A stretch of DNA of 62,132 bases from an uncultured Chthonomonadaceae bacterium (GTDB lineage: Bacteria; Armatimonadota; Chthonomonadetes; Chthonomonadales; Chthonomonadaceae). Position numbers and translations under genes: made by a program. This document shows, in pieces, positions 50,054-60,900 of the stretch. Each line of letters starts with the position of its first letter. Within the stretch, counting starts at the first letter, position 1. The stretch spans positions 1 through 62,132 of the forward strand of contig CAWIEK010000007.1 in NCBI GenBank assembly GCA_963835065.1. Direction: 5' to 3'. The notes beneath the pieces were generated by a model, which worked only from the letters and a program-made list of their open reading frames with translations, was not told where the DNA came from and did no database searches.

Positions 50054-50082
50054 TTGACAGGATAGAGTTGAGACGGTATAAT
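50054..50082 (+). promoter_or_regulatory. Consensus sigma70 promoter for the ABC operon
   Basis: TTGACA-N17-TATAAT. Confidence 0.78.
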
Positions 50083-50366
50083 ACGCCGATACCGCTTTTG
50101 CGGCATTGTCTGCGTTTTGTACTTTGTTTGCTTCTCTGCATTGTTTTTGCTTTGTTTACCCCGTCGCCAAGAGGCGGCGCGCTTTGGGAACGCTGTTTGG
50201 CTTTCGCTTCCGCCCGCGCGACGGGCCTCTTCCGCCCTTTTTCTTTATTCTTAATCCGAAGCCGTTTCTTTTTTAGAAGCCGTTGGGAAGATTGTTTGGA
50301 AGAAGCGAAGTTTGCAGCATTTTCCTGCGCGCCGGTTTTGCGCGATGGACGGAGGAAACTGCTTTT

Positions 50367-51305
50367 ATGGCTGCTGCTATATCCATCCAGGGACTGACCA
50401 AAAAGTACCTGGGCGTGGGCACCGGCGAGGTTACGGCTGTCAATAACCTCAATCTGGAAGTCGAAGAAGGCGAAATTTTCGGCTTTCTGGGACGCAACGG
50501 AGCCGGCAAAACCACGACCATCAAAATGCTGCTCGGACTGATCTTCCCAACTGCCGGCGATGCCAACATCCTGGGCAAGCCGATGGGCGACAACAACATC
50601 AAGAACCAACTCAGCTACCTGCCGGAAGAAACCTACTTCTACGACGGCATGACCGGCTGGGACCTGCTCGACTTCTATGGCCGCCTGTTCAAAATTCCCG
50701 AACCGGAGCGCAGCCGCCGCGTAAAACTGTCGCTGGAAAAAGTCCGGCTGCAGCCCGACGCCTGGAAGCGCAACATTCGCGGCTACTCCAAAGGGATGCG
50801 GCAGCGCACCGGTATCGCGCAGGCGCTTATCAACGATCCCAAACTGCTGTTTCTGGATGAGCCGACGTCCGGCCTCGATCCTATCGCCCATGCGGAACTG
50901 CGCGACATCGTTGGCAGTCTCAAAGATGAGGGCAAAACCGTTTTCCTCTCCTCCCACCAACTCGCCGATGTGGAACTGATCTGTTCCCGCGTTGCCATCA
51001 TTCACCGGGGCAAGCTGCTCAAATCCGGCACGATCCGCGAACTGGTATCCGGCGAACGGACGGAAATCGTGGCGCAGGGCGGCAATCTAGTCAACGGCAC
51101 GTTCGAGAAATTGCGCGCGCTGGCTCCCGACGCGGTGCAGGATGGCGCGAACGGCGTCCGATTGTCGAGCGATGACCGGGAAAAGGTGGCGGCGATTATT
51201 GATCTGGTGCGCGGCGCGCAGGGCGAACTGATCGCCGTCGTGCCGCACAAGCGTACGCTGGAAGAAGTGTTCGTGGAAACGGTTCGCAAGGAGGATGAAG
51301 TCTAA
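50367..51305 (+). CDS. ABC transporter ATP-binding protein (PilH-like)
   Basis: GRNGAGKTT, YSKGMRQR, FLDEPTSGLDP, SSH. Confidence 0.93.
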   Translation: MAAAISIQGLTKKYLGVGTGEVTAVNNLNLEVEEGEIFGFLGRNGAGKTTTIKMLLGLIFPTAGDANILGKPMGDNNIKNQLSYLPEETYFYDGMTGWDLLDFYGRLFKIPEPERSRRVKLSLEKVRLQPDAWKRNIRGYSKGMRQRTGIAQALINDPKLLFLDEPTSGLDPIAHAELRDIVGSLKDEGKTVFLSSHQLADVELICSRVAIIHRGKLLKSGTIRELVSGERTEIVAQGGNLVNGTFEKLRALAPDAVQDGANGVRLSSDDREKVAAIIDLVRGAQGELIAVVPHKRTLEEVFVETVRKEDEV

Positions 51306-52075
51306 TGATGGTTACCTGGGCAATTGCGCGCCAAACGGTGCGCGAAGCGCTGCGACGGCGCGTTATGTGGGTGTTCCTGATTTCCGGTATTTTTCTGATC
51401 GCGCTCGGCCCCGTCTTCAACTTCCTCGGCCCCCGCGACAGCCAAACCATTCTGAAAAGCCTGGGACTGGCCGCCATTCTGCTGGCCGGTTTGTTCATTA
51501 CGATTGTCACCTGTATCTATCTGATTCCGGTTGAAATCGAGCGGCGCACTATTTATACCGTCCTTTCCAAGCCGGTGCAGCGCTATGAGTTCGTGCTTGG
51601 CAAGTTTTTGGGCGGCTTTTTCACCGTCTTTATCAACATTGCGGCAATGGGCATTGTGTTCCTGATCATGCTGAAGTTCCAGCTGAAAACCGTGCCGCCC
51701 GAAATGATCAAGGGCGTCGTGATGACGTTCTTCCAGATGCTTCTCCTGGCGGCGCTGACGATCTTCTTTTCCACGTTTGCCACGCCCGTTGTCAACTTCT
51801 TCCTGTCGTTCGGTATCTTCCTCGTGGGCAACCTGTCGAGCGTGACCGAATCGCTGATGACCAACAAGAACGCGGGCGCGAAGTACGTGGGCACAATCGT
51901 TCACTACATTCTGCCCAACTTCGGCAACTTCAACATTCAAAACGCGCTGATTCACCCCACACAGGAAATCGCCAACGAGCGCGCGTTCTACACCAACAAC
52001 ATCATCTACGCCATCATCTATTCTGCCGTGCTGCTGACGCTGGCGATTCTCATCTTTGACCGCAGAGAAGTTTAG
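51305..52075 (+). CDS. ABC-2 type permease (PilI-like)
   Basis: About 6 TM helices; EIERRTIYTVLSKPVQR..FVLGKFLG; ends F.RREV. Confidence 0.9.
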   Translation: MMVTWAIARQTVREALRRRVMWVFLISGIFLIALGPVFNFLGPRDSQTILKSLGLAAILLAGLFITIVTCIYLIPVEIERRTIYTVLSKPVQRYEFVLGKFLGGFFTVFINIAAMGIVFLIMLKFQLKTVPPEMIKGVVMTFFQMLLLAALTIFFSTFATPVVNFFLSFGIFLVGNLSSVTESLMTNKNAGAKYVGTIVHYILPNFGNFNIQNALIHPTQEIANERAFYTNNIIYAIIYSAVLLTLAILIFDRREV

Positions 52076-52076
52076 G

Positions 52077-52155
52077 ATTTTCGATTTTCGATTTTCGATT
52101 GCCGATTGGGAATAGCCTGATTATCCATCGAAAATCGTCAATCGTCAATCGTCAA
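52077..52155. repeat. Heptamer arrays (TTTCGAT)n and (AATCGTC)n in inverted arrangement
   Basis: Seen directly. Confidence 0.8.
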
Positions 52156-52166
52156 TGGATACACAC

Positions 52167-53684
52167 ATGGCAAACCAAGACATATCTACCCTGTCCCATG
52201 CCCACAAGCGCATGTCGCGCGAAACACAGAAGCGGCGGCAGGCGCTCATTCCCGTTGCCGCTGTCCTGCTGGCCGGGGCGATGCTGTTTCAGCATCGGCT
52301 GGACCCACAAATCAGAGAATTGCATATACACGAAGTCAGCGTCGGGCAAAGCGCGTCGGGGCTGAACAACGAGTTTATGCTGCTGCCCCTGCTCGGCTTC
52401 CGCGAAGCGGCTGCCGGCCTGCTGTGGGTGCGCTGCGACGAGTTCTTCCATTCGGGCGACTACGACGCGATTCTGCCGCTTGTCCGCATGATTACCTGGC
52501 TCGATCCTCACGCCGATAACGTGTACGTGACCGGCGCGTGGCACTTGTCCTACAACTTCACCGACAGTTCCGAGCGTTCCGACTGGCGCTACATCGCCCC
52601 CTCGCAGGCGCTGCTGGATGAAGGCATCATCAACAACCCGAACATTTCCGACATCAAGTTTGAAAAGGGATGGCAGAACTACGACAAGATCAAGGACTAT
52701 CCTGCCGCCGCCAGAGCCTTCGAGTCGGCGATTGCCGGGCCGTATGGCAACGAGTCGGGCGTAAAGGGTACGGACGATTATCCCTATGCCACTCCCCTGA
52801 AGACCCTGCATATCCTGGCGCACACTTACGAGCGCATGGGACGCATCCCCGAAGCGCTGGCCGTCTGGCAGAAGGCCCGCGCCCGCACGGAAAAGGAGAT
52901 GGCGAACGCCAAAAACCCCGGCATGGAGATAGATTATGCGCTGAAGCAGATGCATGCGTCCGAAATGCACAACTACGCGGAAACCAAGCAGCGCTACTTT
53001 GATCGCTATACGACAACCCATCACGACCCGACGATCAACCCGACCAAATTCCCGTATGTGCTTGCGCCGCCGCCCAACAGCCCCAATCAAACGCCGCGCC
53101 CCTGGGATGTCGCGCTGAAAACGCAGATTGACGTCACGCGCCCGCACGTCCTGAAAATCTCCGGCACGTTCAACACGGCCAATGGCTCACGTATTAACGT
53201 GTGGATCGCCGACTGGGATTACAAGCCCAAAGGCCTGGGGCAGACGCTCACTTCTTTTGATGTGGAGCAGGATACGACGATTCTGCACGATTCCATCAGC
53301 GTGCGCGAGTTCAAGTATTCGCGCGAAATGGACATGAGCAAAGACCCGAAGATGTACAGCTTCGTGTCCGATACGTACCGCATCGTGCTGGATTACAACA
53401 TCCGCCAGTCGTCGCCGTTTTTGCAGGATCGGTTCGGCTGGAGCGGCGAAGGGCTGACCGACAGCAACCCGGCGCATGTTGTCCTGGATCGCAGTCCCGG
53501 CGTGATGGCGACCAAGATGATCGAAGGGCAGGACGGCGAAGGCCCGGTCTGGAACGGCGAAACCGTTCCCTGGGGCCAGTTCGGGCAGCCTCTGCGCGTC
53601 ACCCGCGTCACCTACAAAGTAAGCCGCGAACAGATGGAAGGCAAAAAGCCCATTACCGACAAGGACATCGTTCCCAACGGCTAG
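52167..53684 (+). CDS. Membrane-anchored TPR-like protein (PilG-like N-terminal region)
   Basis: N-terminal TM; LLW.R.D..FH.G.Y...IT.LDP....Y...AW.L.YN; TPR-like helices. Confidence 0.78.
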   Translation: MANQDISTLSHAHKRMSRETQKRRQALIPVAAVLLAGAMLFQHRLDPQIRELHIHEVSVGQSASGLNNEFMLLPLLGFREAAAGLLWVRCDEFFHSGDYDAILPLVRMITWLDPHADNVYVTGAWHLSYNFTDSSERSDWRYIAPSQALLDEGIINNPNISDIKFEKGWQNYDKIKDYPAAARAFESAIAGPYGNESGVKGTDDYPYATPLKTLHILAHTYERMGRIPEALAVWQKARARTEKEMANAKNPGMEIDYALKQMHASEMHNYAETKQRYFDRYTTTHHDPTINPTKFPYVLAPPPNSPNQTPRPWDVALKTQIDVTRPHVLKISGTFNTANGSRINVWIADWDYKPKGLGQTLTSFDVEQDTTILHDSISVREFKYSREMDMSKDPKMYSFVSDTYRIVLDYNIRQSSPFLQDRFGWSGEGLTDSNPAHVVLDRSPGVMATKMIEGQDGEGPVWNGETVPWGQFGQPLRVTRVTYKVSREQMEGKKPITDKDIVPNG

Positions 53685-53828
53685 TCCTGATGCGCGCGTA
53701 CTCTCCCGACAATGCAGACAAAGCCGGGAGAGTTTTTCTATGCTTGTTTTGCGTGTCGAACTGAAAATACTGTTCGTTCCAAAGGAAATCCGCTTGCTGC
53801 GCCCCTGCAAATTTTGTTTGCTGCTGCG

Positions 53829-54578
53829 TCAGTTCTTCATTTCCTCAATTATGCGCTGCCAGTGCGGGGATTGGCTGTCCAGCGGACGCGCGATCAAGAC
53901 CGTGACGCCTTCCTCATCGGCTTCGGGTGAGGGAGTTCCCCAGGGCGTGGCGGTTCCGCTTTCCAGTTCCTGAATCTGTTCGCGCAGCAGGCGTATCTCC
54001 TCGCGCAAGCGCGTCCGCGAATTGGTCATTTCCAGTAATTCCTGCTTGACCGGCGGCGGCAGCATGGCGACGGAAGCCACACAGAAGGCAAGGGTTTGCG
54101 GGTCGTCGGGCAGGTCTACGTCGGGCATCGGCAGGCTGGCGTGGGCGGCGAGCAGGGCCAGATAGCGGGTAAACAGGTCGGACAGGTCGGCAGTCAATTC
54201 GCTCAGGTCTTCGACTTCCGTTTCCACATCCTGCCACTCTTCCACGCGCCCGATAAGGTACGGCAGATCGGCTTCCATCGTGTCTAAAATCCGAAAACGC
54301 TCCTCGCAAACCGCCAGCAGATTCATGCGCCCGTCGCGCAATCTCTCCACTTCAAGGATACGCGCCACGCAGCCCACCTTGTGCGGCACGGCAGGAGCGC
54401 CCACTTCACTGCCCTCCTGAATCAAGGCCACGCCGAACGGCGCGTTGCTGTCAATACAGGCGTTTATCATGGCCTTGTACCGCTCTTCAAAAATGTGCAG
54501 TTGCAGCGGAAACTGCGGAAACTGGACGCTATGCAACGGGAACAAAGGCAGGGTGTAAATACGGGGCAAATGGGACAT
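53829..54578 (-). CDS. LON peptidase substrate-binding (N-terminal) domain protein
   Basis: LPLFPL..V.FP...L.LHIFE.RY, PFGVALI, DGRMN; no AAA or protease domain. Confidence 0.9.
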   Translation of the reverse strand: MSHLPRIYTLPLFPLHSVQFPQFPLQLHIFEERYKAMINACIDSNAPFGVALIQEGSEVGAPAVPHKVGCVARILEVERLRDGRMNLLAVCEERFRILDTMEADLPYLIGRVEEWQDVETEVEDLSELTADLSDLFTRYLALLAAHASLPMPDVDLPDDPQTLAFCVASVAMLPPPVKQELLEMTNSRTRLREEIRLLREQIQELESGTATPWGTPSPEADEEGVTVLIARPLDSQSPHWQRIIEEMKN

Positions 54579-55384
54579 TATTTCTCCAGGCGGCGCTGCA
54601 AATCCGTTCGAGCATAAACGCACAGGGCGAGATTTTCCTGCTGGTCCTGCATGAGCGCTTCATGGGCGGTATACAGGGCAATCGCGGCATCGTAGTGCGC
54701 GAGCGCCTGCATGGTGTTGTTCGGCTCATCTATGAGTACATTCGCCAGTAAGTTGCCCAGACGGTGGTGACACTCCGCCTGAGACATCTGGACGGTTTCG
54801 CTTTGCTCGGCCAATTGGTACAGGCGCAGGGCGTCTTCATAGCGCGCGTAGGCTTCCTGTGGGCGGTCACGGCGGAGAAAAATCTGCGCGATATGCAGGC
54901 AGCAATTTGCTTGCTGCGCCCAGGTGTCGGGCTGCAGGGCAAGCTGCTGCTGTTGGCGGGCGTAGCGGGCGGTCAGCAGGTACAGGCGGTTGTGCGGGTC
55001 GGCGCGCAGGGCGGCAATGTCGGCAAGCGCTTTACGGGCGCACTCGCGGGCATGTTCCCGGTCGGCAGGAGTGGACAGCAGGCCATACAGGTCGGCGGCT
55101 TCCTGAAAGACGTTCGCCGCTTCGGGGTGTTGTTCCTGCCGCGCAAGCGCGTCGCCATAATAACGGCAGGCATGGGCGCGGGCGCGCGTCAGCGCGGCGG
55201 GAACCGTGCCGAATTCTTCAGCGAGGCGCCACGCTTCGGCGTAATACAGCATGGCCTGTCGCCACTCCGTCAGCGCGTCCGCCACCGCGCCCGACTGGTC
55301 CAACTTCGCCGCCCACTCGGCGTATTGCGCGGCGCTTTCGGCACACTGCGCGGCGCGTTCCTGTTGCAGAATTTCAGCGTTCAT
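54578..55384 (-). CDS. TPR-like helical repeat protein
   Basis: Ala/Tyr-rich helical repeats; TAATG coupling with the LON-domain gene. Confidence 0.75.
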   Translation of the reverse strand: MNAEILQQERAAQCAESAAQYAEWAAKLDQSGAVADALTEWRQAMLYYAEAWRLAEEFGTVPAALTRARAHACRYYGDALARQEQHPEAANVFQEAADLYGLLSTPADREHARECARKALADIAALRADPHNRLYLLTARYARQQQQLALQPDTWAQQANCCLHIAQIFLRRDRPQEAYARYEDALRLYQLAEQSETVQMSQAECHHRLGNLLANVLIDEPNNTMQALAHYDAAIALYTAHEALMQDQQENLALCVYARTDLQRRLEK

Positions 55385-55590
55385 CTAAAATCAAATCAGG
55401 AAACCCCTGCGTTCATGCGCGGGGAGGAATGATGATACTTGTACTACGGCTAATTCAACATTCGTGTTGGCATAGCAGGCGAAAATTGCGGCAGGAAACG
55501 TCAAGGATACTTCGGCAAAAATCTAAATCACGAACATTGCGCCGCTGCCATGCAAAAGAACACGGCAGCGGCGCAAAAGAAGAGGAGCAA

Positions 55591-55734
55591 CTATTCACCA
55601 CCAAGATGCCAAGAACACCAAGAAGAACGAGAAGAAGGACGTTGTAAAATTCCAGCAGATATAAAAATTACGCGTTCTGAGCCGTTCGTCTTGCCTACTT
55701 TACTTGGTGTTCTTGGCGTCTTGGTGGTGAATAG
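55591..55734. repeat. 32-bp inverted repeat built of 9-mer units (CACCAAGAA-type)
   Basis: 55591-55622 and 55703-55734, one mismatch; immediately after the STAND gene stop. Confidence 0.85.
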
Positions 55735-57907
55735 TCACTGCAAATGCTGCTCCATGTAGGTGGCGTACAACTGGCAGCGGAAATGGGCGTCTTTGACCGA
55801 GTTGCCCGCAATCAGGCCGGCGGTGCGCAGGCGATAAAAATCGTCCGACGAGGTAAGGGAACTGCCCTGCAGCAACGCCTTAACGGACTGGGTCAGAGCC
55901 TGGTCGCGCAATAGAGAAGCCAAAAGCCGCCGCAGATGGTCGCCGAATAAGCCGTCATTGCGGCTGGCCTGGTCTTCCAATTCGGGCAGGCTGATGTTAT
56001 GGGTGATCATGTCGTCCATGCCCCGCCGTATCAGGAAGGGCTGGCCGCCAAGCAATTGATGGAAGCGCGCGAGTTCGTCCTTGCTTTTCAAGGGACGGCC
56101 ATACCGCTCGTTCAGGTCGCCAATCTGATCAAGGCTGAAATCGTCCAATGCCAGGCGCGTTCCCACATTGAAGGGGGATTGGTTCATGTCCGTGATAAAC
56201 AGATGGGCTTCCGTCGCATAAGCAATCGCCATAGACAGGCGTGCCCACGGGCCGGTGGGTTCCAGCGAGCGGCGATTGTGCCAGGAGCGGAACAGGCCGA
56301 AAACCTCGCTGCCGAAGCTGCACGTAAACAAGCGGTCTACTTCATCCAGCCCCCACATTAAAGGCTCGGTCATCTGCATCAGCACTTTGCGCCGCAGAAA
56401 GTATTCCAGGTTCATGTTGGGTCCCAGATCCGCGTCCCAGGTTTTTCGGGGATTGATGTCCAGATCGAGCTGATCGGCGATGGTGGTTGCCAGCGCGAGG
56501 AACAGGGCGTCCAGCGAGGCCATGTGCGACTCGTTGAACGTTTGAAAATCCGTCTGAATCACCTTGACGCCGGCCTCGCGCGCCTGCTGCATGCCCCGCG
56601 CCAGCAGGCTGGTTTTGCCCATCTGCCGCCCGCCTTTGATGAGAATGATGCTGTCGCGGCGCTTGATGGCCGTTTCAAACTCCAGATCGGCCTTGCGCTC
56701 GATGTAAAACTTAGAGTCGAGCGGAACCGCGCCGCCGATGGCTTCCAGCGTCGGAACCTGCGGGATTTGCGGCGCGGGCGGGTTCTTCAGGGATTTGAGA
56801 AGCGCCTGCGCCAATGGCGCGTCGTCTGCTTCGGCTTCCCAGGCCGCATACTGGTAAGGATTAAGGATGGTTGCCAGCATGCCTGTCAGCGGCTCGTGGT
56901 AGCCAAGCCGGACGGGCAGCAGCAGGGGCTTGCCGTGCTGCCTTTGCGCCGCGTGATGAGCCGTTTCCAGTTCCATTTCCATCATGTCGCTGGAAACGGA
57001 GGCGGCGGACAGCAAAGGGAATGATGGCATCCGCCGTGTTGATCTGACGGTCAATCTCGCGCACCCAATCCACGCCGATAGGCATGTGCAGGTCAATGAA
57101 AACCTCGTACCCGGCTTCCGTCAGTTGTTTTTCCAGCAGATTGCGAACATACTCGTCGTTGGGCGAATGGCGCTTGTAAAGAATGGCGACTTTTTTCGGC
57201 CCGGCTTCGGTCGTGTTTCCCTGCGCGCCTGGCTGCGTCACCCCCGCTCCCCCTGTCGGCGACAGAACGGTTCCACCGGCAGGCGGCGCAACAATCCCAC
57301 CCCCGGACTTAGGCGGCGTGACGGCGGGCTTATCCGACTCCAACATCTTAGAAGGCACGGCTTTGTTGCCTGCCGTGCCGGTATACAGGTTATAAACGTG
57401 AACGGAAAGGTCATGCTTGACGCAGCATTCGCCCAAATCAAAGAGTTTGGACTTCCACTGCTCATAACTGATGAGGTCTTCGGCATCGCGGGCGGAAATC
57501 AGAATATGGCCGGCGTCGCCGCAGTTCATAATGCGCTGCGCCATGTTGATGGCGGTTCCCCGGATATTGACCTGTCCATTGATGTCGCGGATGCGCGCCA
57601 CATGCCCGCTGTTGATACCGATACGCATCGGCAGGGTCGCGCCCACCGCCTGCGCCACTTCGATAGCGCAGATCACCGGCGCAACCGGGTCGCGCGCAAA
57701 AATCAGGATCAGGCCGTCGCCCGTATCCAGGCAGACCAGTTCGTTTCGTTCCGTCGCCCGCTTGTATTCCGACGTAGCGCTGACCGCTTCCATCAGCTGC
57801 TGGGAAACGGCGTTTTGTTTTTCCATAGGCAACAGTGAATAGCTGACCACATCCATAAACAGAATGTGGGCCGTTTCACTTTCTAAGCGCGGTGTTTCCT
57901 CTGCCAT
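55735..57907 (-). CDS. Class III nucleotide cyclase - TIR - STAND (AAA_35-like) fusion; frameshift near 57017
   Basis: ILFMDVVSYS, DTGDG, RIGINSG, AINMAQR; TIR-like VFID...G.DW..EI...S.....EL; GGRQMGKTSL, LDEVD, SPFNVG. Confidence 0.85.
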
Positions 57908-57963
57908 CAGGTGTTCCTTCCCCATCTGCGAAACGCCTCCTGAAAGCGCTTTCAGGAGTGTTC

Positions 57964-60900
57964 CTACTCGCCGGTTAGATGCCGCTGCTCCTCGTTGGGA
58001 TCAGCGCTGCTTGTCCCTCGTCCTCCATCCCATATTTTGACGGTGCGATCTGCGCTGCCGGTGGCGATGTGATTGCCGTCAGGAGAAAACGCCACGCACA
58101 GCACCGATTCTTCGTGCGCGTTGAGCATCAGCGCTTCCTGTCCGCGCCGCGTATCCCACAGCTTGGCATGTCCATCACTATCGCCTGTCAGCAGCCGTTC
58201 CCCCTTGGGGCAAAAAGCTACGCCTTCCACAACCATTCCGTTTTGCAGCGTATGCAGGTTCGCGAAGGTAGCGGCATCCCATACCACAGCGGTTTTGTCG
58301 TCGCTGCCGGTCGCCATGAGCTTGCCATCGGGGGAAAACGCAACGCTGGAAACATGGCCGCTATGCTTCAGGACCGCAAGCGCATTGCCGCTTGCTACAT
58401 CGTAAAGGGTTGCAATGTTATTCTGGTTGCCGCACAGCAGACGCCGACTGTCGGGTGAAAAAGCAAGGCTGCTGGGATAATCCGTTGTTTTGCCCAGCAG
58501 CCGCAGGAACGTTCCATCGCGCGGTTCCCACAATCGCAGGCAGCCATTCTGCCCTGCGGTTGCCAGGTACTTGCCATCAGGAGAGTACGCAACCGCAAAC
58601 AGAGAGCCATCGTCGGGCTGCAGGGTAAACAGCAGTTTGCCGCTGTCCGCATCCCACACCCGCGCGGTTGCGTCGTCGCTGCCGGTTGCAATGCGCTTGC
58701 CATCGGGAGAAAAGGCTACTTTCTCGATAGGTTTCTGATGCCCCTGTAGAATGATCGCGCCCGTGCTTGTCTTCACGTTCCACACGCGCGCCATGGTTGT
58801 CATCGCTGCCTGTCACCAGCCGGTTGCCGTCGGGGGAAAAGGCCAGAGAGCGTACGCTCCCCTTATGTCCGCTCAGGGTGTGTACATGCCGATCTTGTGT
58901 GGCGTCCCAAACCTTCACCTGCCCGTCGTAGCCGCTGCTGGAGTACAGGCGCATGCCATCGGGGGAAAATGCCACACTCGTAACACGGTAGGCATGGCCC
59001 GGAAACTGCCGCAGTTGTTGATGGCTCACCACATCCCAGATACGCACTGATCCCCTTGTTGCTGCCGGTGGCGAGCAATTTGCTGTCGTGTGAAAACGTC
59101 ATGCATATCACGGCAGAGCGGTGCTTCATTTGCACGAACGCAGATGAGGTTCTGCGCCCGTTTTCGCGTCAAAGATATGCGCGGTTTTGTCCCGGCAGCC
59201 GACAGCGACCCATTTGCCGTCCGGGGAGGCGACCATACAATTGACCGCGTCAATGCCCCCGTTTCCGCTTCGCAGCGCCACCGTTTTGCGTTCCGAGGCC
59301 AACTCCCATATCTGCGCAGCGCCTTCGCTCGTGCCAATCAGCAGGCGCTTATCATCCGGCAGGAACGCCAGGCTCGTCACGCCGGCCAGGTTCGTCTGCA
59401 GCGTATGCCGCAAATCGCCCGTGTCGGCGTCCAAGATTTGCACAACGCCCTCCGCGTCACTGACGGCAAACCACCGGCTATCGGGCGAGTAGGCCACGCT
59501 TGTCGCTTCTACCATCGGTTCCGCCAGCAGGCGCGGCGTTTGCTCCTCCACGTTCCACAGCGCCGTGATGCCTTCTTTGTCTTCGGTTGCCAGGCGCGCG
59601 CCTGCCGGGGTCAGAGCGACAGCGGAAACGCTCTGAGAGGTGTTGAACGTTTGTTTGAGTTGAAGGCTCAGGGCATCCCACATTTTGGCGGAGTGGTCCT
59701 TGCTGCCCGTCAACAGCCACTTTCCGTCCTGAGACAGCGCCATCCCGGAAAGATAAGCATTGTGCGCCTGAAGGTTGCCTAAAGACAAATCACACTGCTG
59801 CTGCAAATACCCCAACTCGAACCCGGCTTCTGGATTGTCCTTCTCCTTGTCGAGTATCTCGCGCACATGATCTATATTCAGGTCTTCGTATTCACGCTGC
59901 GCCAGATTTATGTTCGTGTAGTACAGTAAAGCTTCGGTTTTTCGCTTTTCGCTTTCCGCAGCCTGCTGTGCATTTACGGCTAGCTGTTTCTCATGTTCCG
60001 CGAATTTCCGCGCAGTTTGTGTTGTTAGCACAACTGCTCCCACCCCTATTAGTGCCACGATCAAAAGCCATAGAGTACAATAGCCCGCCATACTCCTTTG
60101 CCATAGGCTTCTGCTTGACGTCGCAGTTCCGGGTCGGAGGTATGGTCTTCCACCCACTTCTTGTCGAATACTTGGGCATAGATGCGGTTGCGAACCCGCA
60201 ACAAGCCGTTTTCCACTCGCGCCACGCCCGACAGTTTCAGTACCCCGCATATCGGGTTCGTGTCATCGTCCACAACTGGCTTGCCGTCGCGCACTTGCCC
60301 GTACACATCCAGTACGGCGGCTAATTCCTCGCCGCTTTTGAGCAGGCGGTCGCGTACGAATGTCAGGTTGTTGTCGTTTTCCTTCGCCATGTGCGTCAGA
60401 AACAGGTCGGCGCACAATTTATCTAAGGAGGGTATCGGGTGTCGGGTGTCGGGTGTCGCGGGTTGCGCTTCGACGATGGCGCTGCACAGGCGTTGGGTGA
60501 GGTAAGGGTGTCCGTTCGTCCAGTACAGCACTCTTTGAAGCAGTTTTGCCCCGTGTTCTCCGTGTTCCCCGTGGTTCAATCCTTTTGCCAACGGCGCGGC
60601 TTCGGTTGGGGTGAAGTCGGTCACTTCCACGCGCCTGCCGATGTTGAAGGGGCTGATGCGCGTATCTTCAATGAGGTCGGAGGGCGCGGCGGTTCCGAGC
60701 AGGCAGAAGGAAAGCTGTTTTAGCGCGGGATTGGTGGCGCGTTCCACATACAATTGCCGGATGGCGATAAAGAACTCATCGGCGCTGAACGGCAGGCTGC
60801 GCGTGGCGTCAATCTCGTCTACGAACACGACAATTGGCGACTCGGAAGCAGACAAGGCGACTTCTTCCAGTGCGCCGAACAAACGCGGCAGCGGCCCCAC

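Noticed and set aside
315..55734. CRISPR arrays
   Set aside because: The repeats are 7-10-mer tandem units without regularly spaced unique spacers, and no cas genes are present
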